Shown here one piece after another: positions 44,628 through 57,260 of a DNA stretch of 64,000 bases. How positions within the stretch are numbered: position 1 is the first letter of the stretch; each line of letters begins with the position of its first letter. Both the position numbers and the translations under genes were made by a program. Origin of the DNA: Macrostomum lignano (Eukaryota); contig NIVC01001360.1 in NCBI GenBank assembly GCA_002269645.1, forward strand, positions 47,237 through 111,236, given 5' to 3'. The notes beneath the pieces are model-generated. The model was not told the origin of the DNA. It was given only the letters and a program-made list of their open reading frames with translations, and did no database searches.

Positions 44628-46851
44628 TCACGAGCACACGGTGAAATTGGTCCCTGACACGGACGTAGAGTTGCTGCCGGCCGGCAGGCACAGCTCGAAC
44701 CACCTCAGTGGGAAAAGCGTCTCCTGAAACGCTCGCAGCACAATGGACGCGATTAAGCAGACGGCCAGGCACAGCCACGTCGCCAGCCGCCGGATCAGCA
44801 CAGGCCGCAGCGGCGGCAGACTCGGAGGCTGAGTCAAGTCCAGCTCCACCTCACTCTCGTACGGGGTCGAGTACACTTTCGAGGCCGACCGGACGTGCCC
44901 GCGTTTGCCGGAGGCCAGTAGCGGCTCCGTTTGATCTTCGTCCACTGCGGACCGAGTCCTGCTGCCATGACGACCAGCTTTCAAACCCATCTGCTGGCCG
45001 GACGCTCTAACACGCGCATTGCTGACTTCCTTTTGCCAGTTCGTCCGCCAGATGATGCCCCAGAAAACAACCGTCTCTATAGAGATTCCGACCAGAACGC
45101 CGATCCAGAATCCCTTCATCTCAAGCCCAGTGAGCAGGCTTAGAGGCAACCCAATGGGCAGAGCGATGACGTCATAGGCGATGATGTTCACGACAGCCCC
45201 GATCAACTGCCGCCCGCTGCCTTTCAGGACGCCCGACGCCGTGGCGGAGAGGCCATCGACAAACGGGAAGGGAGCGTAGATTGTCATCAGCTCGGTGGTG
45301 GCGGCTTTCACCTCCGGATCGCTGGTGAAGATGCTAGCTATCGGGTCCTTGCAGGTCATGTAGGTCACGCAGATCACAGTGGAGGTGACCATGATAATAG
45401 TGACGGCCACCTTGCAGGTGTGGATGGCCTGCTCGACCTTACCAGCGCCAAGGTGCTGTCCGACTCGAATGTTTACAGCGATGGACATGCCGAGACACAC
45501 CATGTACAGCAGAGAGGCGGTCTGGAACACGATTGCCTGCGCCGCCAGCTGAAGGAGGCTGATGTTGCCCGCCACAAGGGTTCCTATCTGCAAATTTCAC
45601 AAAAAAGTAAAAAAAACATGACAACTGAAAACTCTTTCAGATTCACTGATAAGATCATGCTGCTTTAAAGGTTCCAGTTATACTCGTACTTACCTCAAAG
45701 CTGATGTTCTCCAGCGATACGAGCAGCAGACCCGGAACCGCCAGCCTTATGAACCCGCCGATGTCGTAGAGAGCCTCGGTCTTCCAGCCGTCCCAAGTGT
45801 CCTCGAACACGCGAAACACGCGGATGTACACCAGGATGCAGAGGCACATCACGAAGAGCGAGGCGGCCTGACACACCGCCGAGGCCTCGAACTCGAAGCC
45901 CATCACGTAGATGGCGATGTACTGCGACACCGCGTTGAACACATTGCCGATCACTGCGCACACGAGCGGCGGGTTGACGCGGTTCTGCGTCTGCAGATAC
46001 CTCGCCAGCACCAAGAAAGTGTAGTCGAAAAACACGCCGGGCATGAAGATGAGGATGTAGCGAGCGGTCATGTCGCTGATGATCGGGTCCTGGCCCAGTA
46101 GCAGCAGCACTGGCTTGATGTTCAGGTGCAGGCAGTACACGGGCACCAGGAACATGTACATGACGAGTAGGCTACGCTGCAGGTACAGTCCGACTCGCTT
46201 CTTGTGTCGGCTGCCGAAGGTCTGAGCAAAGTAGGTGTCACAGCCGGTGGACAGTCCGAGACCGATGCTCAGGGCGGCCACGTTGATGAGGGTGCAGGCG
46301 AGAGCGACAGCGTCCAGCTGCTCCTTGGACAGGTGGCCGCACATGATGACGCTGATTGTCTGCAGCAGGAACTGGAAGAAGCAGGTGAGGAAGGCGGGCA
46401 GGTGCAGCTTGGCGATCTCGCGGAACTCGCTCCAGTAGCCGAGAGGGAAAAACTTTGCGCCGAAGCGGTCGGCCACGCCCAAGAGGCCGCTTCTCGGTTC
46501 GGCCTCGTAGAGCGCTCTGGAGGACTGGTCCCTGCAGTGCGGAGGGATGGACAGTTTCTTGATTGCTTCAAGCTATGCTTGTACGGCGAAAGTAGAGAAA
46601 ACAGTCAAGCACAGAATTATTATTTCGTGTGGAAAATCAAAACGGAAAGCGGCATTTCCTCGGCAACCCAAATTACATGCCCGATTTTCAGTATTTTTGC
46701 ATCATGATACTGAGCCAATTTCAGAGTACGAGTCTCACCTGAACTCCAGTACGGCGCCATCAAGTGCTCCGTACGCGGCGGTGTCCTTGCCCCGCTTCTC
46801 ACCAGCTGGCAGGTCAGCTCCGTGATGTTGGGCGCCACCGCTATGCGACAT
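44628..46851 (-). CDS. MATE (SLC47A-family) transporter, copy A, ~636 aa; complement(join(44628..45587,45694..46531,46739..46851))
   Basis: CGHLSKEQLDAVALA, GLSTGCDTYFAQTFG, RYLQTQN, LAVPG, VRVGQHLGAG and GVLKGSGRQ MATE motifs plus an extra C-terminal TM; phases consistent. Confidence 0.95.
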
Positions 46852-47759
46852 GCTTGCTACTGAATGAGGCAGCTGTCTGCCAATAAAACCGCTGAGAATA
46901 GCCGCCTGAGCAAACTTCTCTCTATGCTTTCGGCACTGATCAAGCGAGACAAAGCTTCAAATGGCTAGAAAAACTACGAGTAGTGCTATCAAGTAAAAGC
47001 ACTGGGAGATAAGCGCAATCACAGATTCACCTGCCCAGTTTAGCTTGGTTTTACTGCCTCTTGCTAGACTGGGGCGAAAATCTCCTATCTGAGCTCTGTG
47101 ATATTGAAAGTTTTTCCAGGGTTTTTGTTTTTCATTACCAAGCACAACTTTGCTGCTATCAAATTTTTACGCACTTTGAATTCTGGCGCCAAAAGTTGTA
47201 TTTTAGGGCAATCTGTTTGACAATTTGTGCGCAGCCGTTTCTGCAACTATTTTGCGAGCGTAGCACTCACTGCAACGTGGGCAAAGGGCCCCGAAAGAGG
47301 CTTTGGTGATATCGAAATCTCACTAAATGTATTTTTGATGGAGAGCATGTTCTCGCTTATTGAAAGCTGTCAAGTTTTTTTTAATATAAATACACTGTTG
47401 CATAAACAGATAGAGATACCTGTAGATTAAGCAGATGCACATGTTATGTAATAATAGATAAAGCAAAGAGAGATTAGTGAGGTATGATGTGTTTGAAAGG
47501 CCGGAATCACTGGAAAATTGGGCACGCGTTTTCTTCCAATACGAGCATGAAGAAGGGCTTATGACAGAGTCTTGTAAATTATCGTCTTCTTTATTAGACT
47601 TTGGTCATCTCATAAGAGTGCAATTATCATCACTAGACTCAATGGACTTCAGTTTAGAAATTTCCATTCCAGATGCTGTGACGATGCGTTACTGCCAATT
47701 TAGACAGCTGTTGTTGCGGTTTTGGGTACGAGCGTAGAAATCTTTGGGTAAATCGATAG

Positions 47760-48262
47760 GCGATTCGGTGCGGTTGTAATGCGATTCGGTTTGATACGAT
47801 TCGGTTCGGTAAGATTTGGCTCAGTACGATTCGGTTCGGTACGATTCGGTTCGGTACGATTCGGTTCGGTACGATTTGGCTCAGTACGATTCGGTTCGGT
47901 ACGATTCGATTCGGTACGATTCGATTCGGTACGATTCGGTTCGGTACGATTCGGTTCGGTTCGGTACGATTCGATTCGGTTCGGTACGATTCGGTTCGGT
48001 ACGATTCGGTTCGGTACGATTCGGTTCGGTACGATTTGGCTCAGTACGATTCGGTTCGGTACGATTCGATTCGGTACGATTCGATTCGGTACGATTCGGT
48101 TCGGTACGATTCGGTTCGGTACGATTCGGTTCGGTACGATTCGGTTCGGTACGATTCGGTTCGGTACGATTAGAGGTAGGGTTCGGTTCAGTACGATCCG
48201 GTTCGGTACGATTCGGTTTGGTAGAATTCGGCTCGTTACATTTCGGTTCGGTACGATTCGGT
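47760..48262. repeat. 15-bp (5-bp-based) minisatellite (GTACGATTCGGTTCG) between the MATE copies
   Basis: Explains the FGSVR/YDSVR ORFs. Confidence 0.95.
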
Positions 48263-48975
48263 AGTTTTTACTGTTTTGGGGTAAATCGGAAGAATCGCCA
48301 CAATGTCAATGATTGCCTTGTGAGGTTTGCGTGTGAGGTTGTGCCTTCATGCTTGTGTTTGTTATTTTATCCCTTCTATTTGGTCACGTGCTCTTTGTAC
48401 ATGCGGCTCTGTACATTTTAACCTCTGCCCATCAGGGGTGCGTGGTTTTTACTCTAATCGTTATTTTACAAGCTGCGCTCTCTTGTCCGATCAGATTGTC
48501 AATCGAATCACAGTGGAAAATTTTAAGCCTCAAATTTTCTGACATGCCGTGAGCAAATAGCAGTTTCCATGACGTCATAAAGTTATTAGGCTCCATTGTT
48601 GATTACGTGAAAACCCATTGCATAATTTGCAAAAACCAACCAAAATGGAAACTTAACTTATACATCAAACTGATTAAAAAACTCATGAAGTAACGAAAAA
48701 AAGAAATTCGAGTCAGGAGTCACTAAAATAGACTCAGAAATTCGAATTTAGTTTGTTGCAAAACTAGCTTTGCTGCTATCAGTTGGCTAAATACTGAAGT
48801 ATGCTGAAAATACATACGTATTGTTAAGGAATAGCAACATAGGTCAGTAAATGAGCACCCATAGCGATAAATATCTAGCGTCTAGGTCACCATTTCCCTG
48901 ATGCTTGGTGGTCAGTGGGTCACCATCTCACTGATGCGTATTCGCTCAAGGGCTCTTGGAAAAACTATTGAAAGT

Positions 48976-51124
48976 TCAACTACAGAAAGTTATATTGGAC
49001 TCAAGCTTCAGGGACTCTGAGCCGTTTCTAGCTGGCAGGCACAGGTCAAACCACCTAAGCGGAACCAGCACACCTTGGAATAACCGCAGCACAATGGCAG
49101 CAGCCAAGCAGACGGCCAGGCACAGCCACGTCGCCAGCCGCCGGATCAGCACAGGCCGCAGCGGCGGCAGACTCGGAGGCTGAGTCAAGTCCAGCTCCAC
49201 CTCACTCTCGTACGGAGTCGAGTACACTCGCGAGGCCGACCGGACGTGAGAGGGCTTAATTTCTGAGGCCAGTAGCGGCTCCGTTTGATCTTCTCTGCTC
49301 ACATTTTTACGACGTCTCTTAGGCGTCTTTTTGATCTGCTGACCGGACGCTCTGGACAGCGCTGCGGCTGCTTGCTTCTCCCAGTTGGTCCGCCAGATGA
49401 TAAGCCAGAATACAATGCTCTGAAGCACGATGCCGAGCAACATTGCGATCCAGAACCCCTTCATTTGCAGCGGGGTGAGCAGACTCAGCGGAATCCCGAT
49501 CGGCAGCGAGATGAAGTCGTAGGCGACGATGTTGACGGCGGCACCGATCAGCTGCTGGCCGCTGCCCTTCAGGACGCCGGCCGCGGTGGCAGACAGGCCA
49601 TCAAAGTAGGGGTACGGGGCGTACACAGCCAGCAGCTCCACAGTTGCCGCCTTCACTTCCGGATCGCTGGTGAAGATGCTCGCCACCTGCTCCCTGCAGG
49701 TAGCGAAAAATACGCAAATCAAAGTTGATGTCACTAAAATCATTGTCACGGCCACCTTGCAGGTATGCTTGGCCTTCTCAATGCTGCCAGCGCCCAGGTG
49801 CTGACCAACACGGATGTTCACCGCGATTGACATGCCGATGCACACCATATACAGCAGGCTGATGCTCTGGAATAGAATGGCCTGCGCTGCCAGCTGCACT
49901 GCGTTCAGACTGCCCGCCAGGAATGTTCCCACCTGCAGATGCATGCAGTCAAATGCGGGTCCAGTATAGAAAGAAGTTTTAAACGGTTTAGTCTTGAATT
50001 TTGGTCTTCAAGAGCATCGCTAATATGGCAATATAAAATGCAGTGGCAATTTTTTGTGACGACCAATTTACTGCAACTGAAAAAAATATGCACTAACCTC
50101 AAAGCTGATGTTCTCCAGCGATACGAGCAGCAGTCCCGGAACCGCCAGCCTTATGAAGCCGCCGATGTCGTAGAGAGCCTCGGTCTTCCAGCCGTCCCAA
50201 GTGTCCTCGAACACGCGAAACACGCGGATGTACACCAGGATGCAGAGGCACATCACGAACAGCGAGGCGGCCTGACACACCGCCGAGGCCTCGAACTCGA
50301 AGCCCATCACGTAGATGGCGATGTACTGCGACACCGCGTTGAACACATTGCCGATCACTGCGCACACGAGCGGCGGGTTGACGCGGTTCTGCGTCTGCAG
50401 ATACCTCGCCAGCACCAAGAAAGTGTAGTCGAAAAACACGCCGGGCATGAAGATGAGGATGTAGCGAGCGGTCATGTCGCTGATGATCGGGTCCTGGCCC
50501 AGTAGCAGCAGCACTGGCTTGATGTTCAGGTGCAGGCAGTACACGGGCACCAGGAACATGTACATGACGAGTAGGCTACGCTGCAGGTACAGTCCGACTC
50601 GCTTCTTGTGTCGGCTGCCGAAGGTCTGAGCAAAGTAGGTGTCACAGCCGGTGGACAGTCCGAGACCGATGCTTAGGGCGGCCACGTTGATGAGGGTGCA
50701 GGCGAGAGCGACAGCGTCCAGCTGCTCCTTGGACAGGTGGCCGCACATGATGACGCTGATTGTCTGCAGCAGGAACTGGAAGAAGCAGGTGAGGAAGGCG
50801 GGCAGGTGCAGCTTGGCGATCTCGCGGAACTCGCTCCAGTAGCCGAGAGGGAAAAACTTTGCGCCGAAGCGGTCGTCCACGCCCAAGAGGCCGCTTCTCG
50901 GTTCGGCCTCGTAGAGCGCTCTGAAGGACTGGTCCCTGGAAAGGTTGGTTTTATTCTTCATGCATGCTTTATGACCTCGTAATGCATTTAACTCGATGCC
51001 CTATTTGTGCGGCCAACCTGAACTTAATCTCCGCTCCGCCGCCATCGGTTGCTCCGTATGCTGCTCCCAGCTTCCCCTCCACGAACACGAGGTCGGTGCG
51101 ACTTTCGCTGTTGCGGTCTGCCAT
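48976..51124 (-). CDS. MATE (SLC47A-family) transporter, copy B, ~633 aa; complement(join(48976..49932,50098..50935,51018..51124))
   Basis: Same motifs and intron positions/phases as copy A. Confidence 0.95.
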
Positions 51125-52019
51125 GGGTTTTGCGTGCTCAGGTCGGAGATTCAGAAATTAGCAGCTCAGCAGTTGTAGTTAGAGATTGCGGGACCACGCG
51201 CACACGCAGTGCTACCTGAGACAGTCTGGACTTTTTGGCGTTGGTTTTATGATTTTATTAGAAAAGTTTTTTGCTATGGTCGGCAGTCTTATCGGACCTT
51301 TACTACTGCAGGCTGATACGATTCTCGTAAAAAAGTATTGAGTACGCTTCTAGGTCGTATTCGAGTTGTTTATTTGCAGAACCCTCTTCGCGACAGTGCC
51401 TTAAAATATTGATTCAGGTCTACATGTAGTGACAGAACTTGTTTCTCTATCTCGATCTACGAGTATTTCTACAGCAGGGATTCGTCTGACAACATTTAAT
51501 TAGAGCACTCTTCTGATGATACTGATATGGGAATCAGTAATATGGTGATATTTAATACAGAGCTTCATTTGGTTGTAAATTCGGCTGAAATGAGTGGTCA
51601 GTGAGCCATGCACCGTCAGGTCTGGGTATGACCTAAAATTCCAGCTCCCCTCCATTGCCAACCGCGCATGGGGTGCCCAAGTCCCCGGACTTTTTTCTAT
51701 TACTGCAATTTGAATTACAGCCAGAGTTACCTGTCAAAATAAATACCCGATGTTGCAGTTGGAGAAGCCGGACAAGATTCCCATTGAGACATTTTAGACT
51801 TAGTCATATACTCGTATGTTATACACAGAGACATATCCTCAGATCTGCAGGCTTCTCTGCAAAATTCATATCCGCGTGAGCAAGTAACGCAAAAAAAAAA
51901 TTGCTGGAATCTTTGCTTACTCTGAAATTTGCAGCTGAAGAGTTCGATCCTGTCCTTGGGTGCTGTGGCTCTGTCCGGTGCTATACTTTCGGATATCCGT
52001 ATCTTGTGTTATCCGCTCA

Positions 52020-52854
52020 GATAGTACAAGTACTTTTTGATCTCCCCTGGATATCGCAAGTACTTTCTGATCTCCCCCTGGATATCGCAAGTACTTTCTG
52101 ATCTCCCCCTAGATATCGCAGGTACTTTCTGATCTCCCCCTGAAAATCGCAAGTGTTTTCTGATCTCCCCCTGGATATTCCAAGCATCTTAAAGCATCCG
52201 GTCCGGATATCTCAAGCTGCTTTGCGTTCTCCGGGTACTTGCAGTCTCCCCCCCGGAAGTCACAAGCAGGTTGAAATATCTGGCCGAAAAACTAAGGTTT
52301 GCTTTGCGATATCCGGATTAGGAAGTCCGGGTCAAAGAACGATTTGTCAGTTTAATATTTTCACAGCAAAGAAGCAGTGAATACCAAATTGTAAAAAAGT
52401 CCAAGACACAATTGTTGTTTTTATTTTCAATCAATTAGTTAAATTAATTGGAATACATCTGAAGCACGCAGGAGGACGCAGGCCGAACCTTTACTCATAG
52501 TCGGAGTGCTTCCCCAATATTTTGGTGACCTTAACTAATTGAACTAACTAATTAATTTTACTAACTAACAATAAATTATATATTTAAACCGGATATTTCA
52601 ACCTTCTTGTGACTTCCGGGGGGAGGGAGACTGCAAGTACCCGGAGAACGCAAAGCAGCTTGAGATATCCGGACCGGATGCTTTAAGATGCTTGGAATAT
52701 CTGGGGGGAGATCAGAAAGCACTTGCGATATCCAGGGGAGATCAGAAAGTGCTTGCGATATCCAGGGGAGATCAGAAAGTACTTGCGATATCCAGGGGAG
52801 ATCAGAAAGTACCTGCGATATCCAGGGGGGGGATCAGAAAGCACTTGCGATATC
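52020..52854. mobile_element. Foldback-like inverted repeat: ~265-bp arms (52020-52283 and 52589-52854) with 28-30-bp subrepeats and a ~305-bp AT-rich spacer
   Basis: The arms are reverse complements; subunit GATATCGCAAGTACTTTCTGATCTCCCCTG; no TSD found. Confidence 0.75.
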
Positions 52855-54220
52855 ACAGACAGGTAGAGCATGGACGGTGCAAAGTACAAGGAGTACCTCA
52901 AGGATCAGGAGAGCTGCATCCTGGCAGCGCGGGTAGCGCGCCAGCAGAGCCGGAGGTCCTCACGGCCAGTCAGGTGTCGCTGATGAAGACCCGCAACAAA
53001 GTCTGCAGCTTGCAGGAGTGACTGCTTCCTTCCGATTTTTCTGCTTTTCCACAGACTTTAACATAACTGACTTTTTCGCTGTTTTTAATGCACACAGCGA
53101 GCCTTTTGAACCAGGTAGGAACAAAAAGTCACGTGACTTATCATTAATGTTCTCTAGTTTGCAGAGTGCACGAAATGAGATTCTAAACAATTTCTTCGAT
53201 TCCAAAATAATGAAATTTAACTTGCATAGGAGCGTCATGCGTTGAATAGCAGTTTTTTATCTAAACAGAAGCGAGTTAATTTTTCCGTTTTTAACCATTG
53301 GGTAAGCCATTGCTAGCTCGTATTTTGCAGATTTATATAGCTTGTGTTCAATTTTCTCCGACAAGCATAACATATTTTTATCTTTTATCAAACGGTAAAT
53401 AATTAATTAAAACGCTATAATTTTAGCAATAGTTTTAGCTTTAGTGTGCTACTACTACTAGCAAAATTCCATATGAAGCTTCAAGACTCTGCAATGTCAA
53501 TCCGTGAATTGCGTGCAATGCGCAGCAGCCTTCTAAACCACTGGCGCGGCGCGTGGACTCACTCCTCCAGCAAGTCTCCACCTTTGTTCACCTGGCAGGC
53601 AGCTTGCAGCCTCTGTCGCCCCATGGAGACTCAGCAAGCCGGTTTGTCACGCCAGAGAAGCATCGGCAAGAAATTTCCATACCATGAGAACCTTTATAAA
53701 GTTTCAGAAGCAACTCGAGCCAAAGCCTAAGTTGCATGATTGGCCCAAGCGTTTTAATAATTGAAAGCCTGTCGCTCCACAGCTGAAGTCCCGCAGCGGT
53801 TAGCTTTGCAGAAGCGGGACCCTGGCCTATGGGTGCCATTCTATGGCGATGTCTTACGCTGTTCTCTCATTGTTATTATTTTTAATACGCTCATCATTAA
53901 GGGCGAAGCAGGAGTAAGTGGCAGCTGCAAAATGATTGAGGATGCCTAATTTAGAAAATTCTGCAAGGAGAAAACTTTTCTGCCTCGGAGAGCCCATCAT
54001 AGACTGGGAGGCCCCAAGCAGCAGTTTCTCACGCAAAAGAATGCCAAGCAGGAAGCGCGGACAAATTAGCTTCCAGGAACGCAGCGGCATCTCAAACTGG
54101 GGAGAGATTTCGCCGTACAGCGTCTAAGCAACAGCAGAACCGGTAAAAGCCTGCCAAAACTGCTTCGGCAGAATGAAATTTCTTTTGCCCAGCCTCATTA
54201 TCCGCAAGCTAAAGCTCTCG

Positions 54221-54973
54221 ATGCCAGAAGGAGTTCAGCTATCGATTCGAATCTTGGCTACCTTGGCCTTGTTGGTGGCAGCTCAGGGCAGCCAGCAGTG
54301 CCCTGTGGCCTTCTCAGAGGTCAAGAACGGCTCCCTCTGCATCCGCAGCGCCTTCACCCGCAACCTGAGCGGCATCACCTCGGACCTGCCGTGCTCTCTG
54401 CATTGCGGCTCCGATCAGCGCTGCCAGGCCTTCACCACGGCCGACGGTCCGTGCCAGCTGTTCGTGTTCGACAGGTGCAGCAAGTCGGTGAAGGACTGCG
54501 GCTGCTCCAGTAGAGGCCGCCTGTTCGTGAAGCGGCAGCCGGGACTCTCGGCGGGCTCGCTGTGTCCGCCCGGCTACGGCGACGAGCTGTGCGGAGTGAA
54601 GTACCGGGTGCTGAAGAACAACGCAACTTGGGCGGTTCAGAGAGGAAGGTGCGAGTCGGAGCCGGGCCTGGTGATCATGGCCGATGTCGCTGACGCAGCT
54701 GAGCTGAGCCACGTGAATGCCCTGTTTGTCGCTCGCTCCCCCACCAATCCCATGTACCTGGGCGGCTACCGGGTGTTTCTGGGAGCCCAGAAGACAGACG
54801 GCTGGTTCTGGGTCGGCTGCAACATCACGATCGGCTCTGTGTGGAGAACTGGTGAACCGAGTGGATTTAGTGAAATGGCCACCGCTCGACACCCGACCAT
54901 AGTGGACGTAGTGGACATCACCGATATGGGTCTCTATGGCGCCCTTTGTGAATGCGTATCGCCCTTTGATTAA
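54221..54973 (+). CDS. Secreted PAN/apple-like + C-type-lectin-like protein, intronless, ~250 aa
   Basis: Signal peptide ILATLALLVAAQG; PAN pattern CSLHCGSDQRCQAF...CQL; CTLD pattern TW...RGRC, VFLGA, W.W, WRTGEPS, ALCE. Confidence 0.78.
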   Translation: MPEGVQLSIRILATLALLVAAQGSQQCPVAFSEVKNGSLCIRSAFTRNLSGITSDLPCSLHCGSDQRCQAFTTADGPCQLFVFDRCSKSVKDCGCSSRGRLFVKRQPGLSAGSLCPPGYGDELCGVKYRVLKNNATWAVQRGRCESEPGLVIMADVADAAELSHVNALFVARSPTNPMYLGGYRVFLGAQKTDGWFWVGCNITIGSVWRTGEPSGFSEMATARHPTIVDVVDITDMGLYGALCECVSPFD

Positions 54974-55370
54974 CTATGCCGGATTGTGATGGACAGGTTT
55001 TTAGCTATTTGGATCCAAAGACTTCTTAAGCGACCCTGTCAGCTTCATCATCACTGAATTTTAATATTCGAATGGGCATGAACTGCCTGATGGCCTGAGA
55101 ATACTTTAGTACAGCCTTGCAGTTTCCTTTGTTTTGAACTGTCCGGACGGGCAGCAGGAAAAAAAGTTCGGATTCAAAACTTTGTTTATTTTTATGCTTT
55201 CCATAAAAACTTGTATTAATTCAGCATCAGTTGACTGGTTCAAAGTCTATTTTCCCTTAAATAACCTTTAACCTTGACATGTCCCCGTATGTTAAAGTGA
55301 GAAACATCTTCGATTTGTGGTATGGTCAGAGTGATAAGATTGTAGGAAAGTGCAGTGACATGATGGGACT

Positions 55371-56480
55371 GCAGGACAGTGCAGTGGATTCAGACAGTGC
55401 AGTGGATTCAGGACAGTGCAGTGGATTCCGACAGTGCAGTGGATGCAGGACAGTGCAGTGGATTCCGACAGTGCAGTGGATTCCGACAGTGCAGTGGATT
55501 CAGGACAGTGCAGTGGATTCCGACAGTGCAGTGGATTCCGACAGTGCAGTGGATTCAGGACAGTGCAGTGGATTCCGACAGTGCAGTGGATTCAGGACAG
55601 TGCAGTGGATTCAGGACAGTGCAGTGGATTCCGACAGTACAGTGGATTCAGGACAGTGCAGTGGATTCAGACAGTGCAGTGGATTCCGACAGTACAGTGG
55701 ATTCAGGACACTGCAGTGGATTCAGACAGTGCAGTGGATTCCGACAGTGCAGTGGATTCAGGACAGTGCAGTGGATTCAGGACACTGAAGTGGATTCAGA
55801 CAGTGCAGTGGATTCAGGACAGTGCAGTGGATTCCGACAGTGCAGTGGATTCAGGACAGTGCAGTGGATTCAGGACAGTGCAGTGGATTCCGACAGTACA
55901 GTGGATTCAGGACAGTGCAGTGGATTCAGACAGTGCAGTGGATTCCGACAGTACAGTGGATTCAGGACACTGCAGTGGATTCAGACAGTGCAGTGGATTC
56001 AGACAGTGCAGTGGATTCCGACAGTGCACTGGATTCAGGACAGTGCAGTGGATTCAGGACACTGCAGTGGATTCAGGACACTGCAGTGGATTCAGGACAG
56101 TGCAGTGGATTCAGGACACTACAGTGGATTCAGGACACTACAGTGGATTCAGGACACTTCAGTGGATTCAGGACAGTGCAGTGGATTCAGGACACTGCTG
56201 TGGATTCAGGACACTGCAGTGGATTCAGGACAGTGCAGTGGATTCAGGACACTGCAGTGGATTCAGGACACTGCAGTGGATTCAGGACACTGCAGTGGAT
56301 TCAGGACAGTGCAGTGGATTCAGGACAGTGCAGTGGATTCAGACAGTGCAGTGGATTCAGACAGTGCAGTGGATTCAGGACAGTGCAGTGGATTCAGGAC
56401 AGTGCAGTGGATGCAGGACACTGCAGTGGATTCAGGACAGTGCAGTGGATTCAGACAGTGCAGTGGATTCAGACAGTGCA
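55371..56480. repeat. 18/19-bp minisatellite (GACAGTGCAGTGGATTCAG), ~60 copies
   Basis: Mixed 18- and 19-bp units. Explains the QDSAVDSG ORFs. Confidence 0.97.
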
Positions 56481-57260
56481 ATGCGTTCAAGTAATGCTTC
56501 AGAATAAAAGGTTTTTACGAGCTAGTTTCGGAATTCATTCTCATGGCTCCGATATATGCCTTTTTACAGAGGCACTGGAGAAAGTGGTTTGCTTGCTGAT
56601 ACCCTCTGCTTGAAGCAGGCTATTAGCTTCAGTTTGCACCCACAAACCCACCTGCAGCGACAGCGGCTGCTCTCAGCAGCTGCACGCACCCACTTCAAAC
56701 ACCGGTGGAGCGAGAGGCAGCTGTCGTCAAACTGAAAGCTAAATGGACGGTTTGAGGGCTCTCGGTTTCTCATTGCCCCCTCCACAGGCTCCACCTCTCG
56801 ATTACAGCTGAAGCTTCATCAAACACCTCACAGTCCCGCAGCTGGTGTCACCAACCCATCAGAACAGCTGGCAAAACTCTGACTGGGAACTCGATAATTG
56901 CCCAAGAAATATTTTTGCTAAAACGTTTTCTCAAAATTTTATATTGCTTTGCCAGTTTCGTGTCGCTTACCATTACCAATGGAATAATTGTTAATTAGGA
57001 TTCAATCTGAAGCCCGGCTTGAACTTGATATAAGGAAATCCCGGCTCCGCAACTAAAGAAATTAAACAAAGTATGTTGGATTTTTTTATTTAAGCGGTTA
57101 CAAGTATTCCGATTTCCTTTAAAAAATTCAAAAAAACCCGAATATGATGCTATAAGAAGCAATATTCGCACATATAATTTTTCTGTGAAAAGTACTTTCA
57201 TATAGAGTAAGACGATGAGAAGAATTAAAACGATTTAGCAGTACTTGTCCGAAAAAGCAC

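Noticed and set aside
52862-53021. GC-rich exon-like segment after the foldback (VEHGRCK...KVCSLQE or MDGAKYKEYLK...)
   Set aside because: The frame is ambiguous; no upstream exon chain or homology was recognised.
47779-56613. ORFs FGSVR/YDSVR (47779-48421) and QDSAVDSG (55279-56613)
   Set aside because: Pure translations of 15-bp and 18/19-bp satellites.
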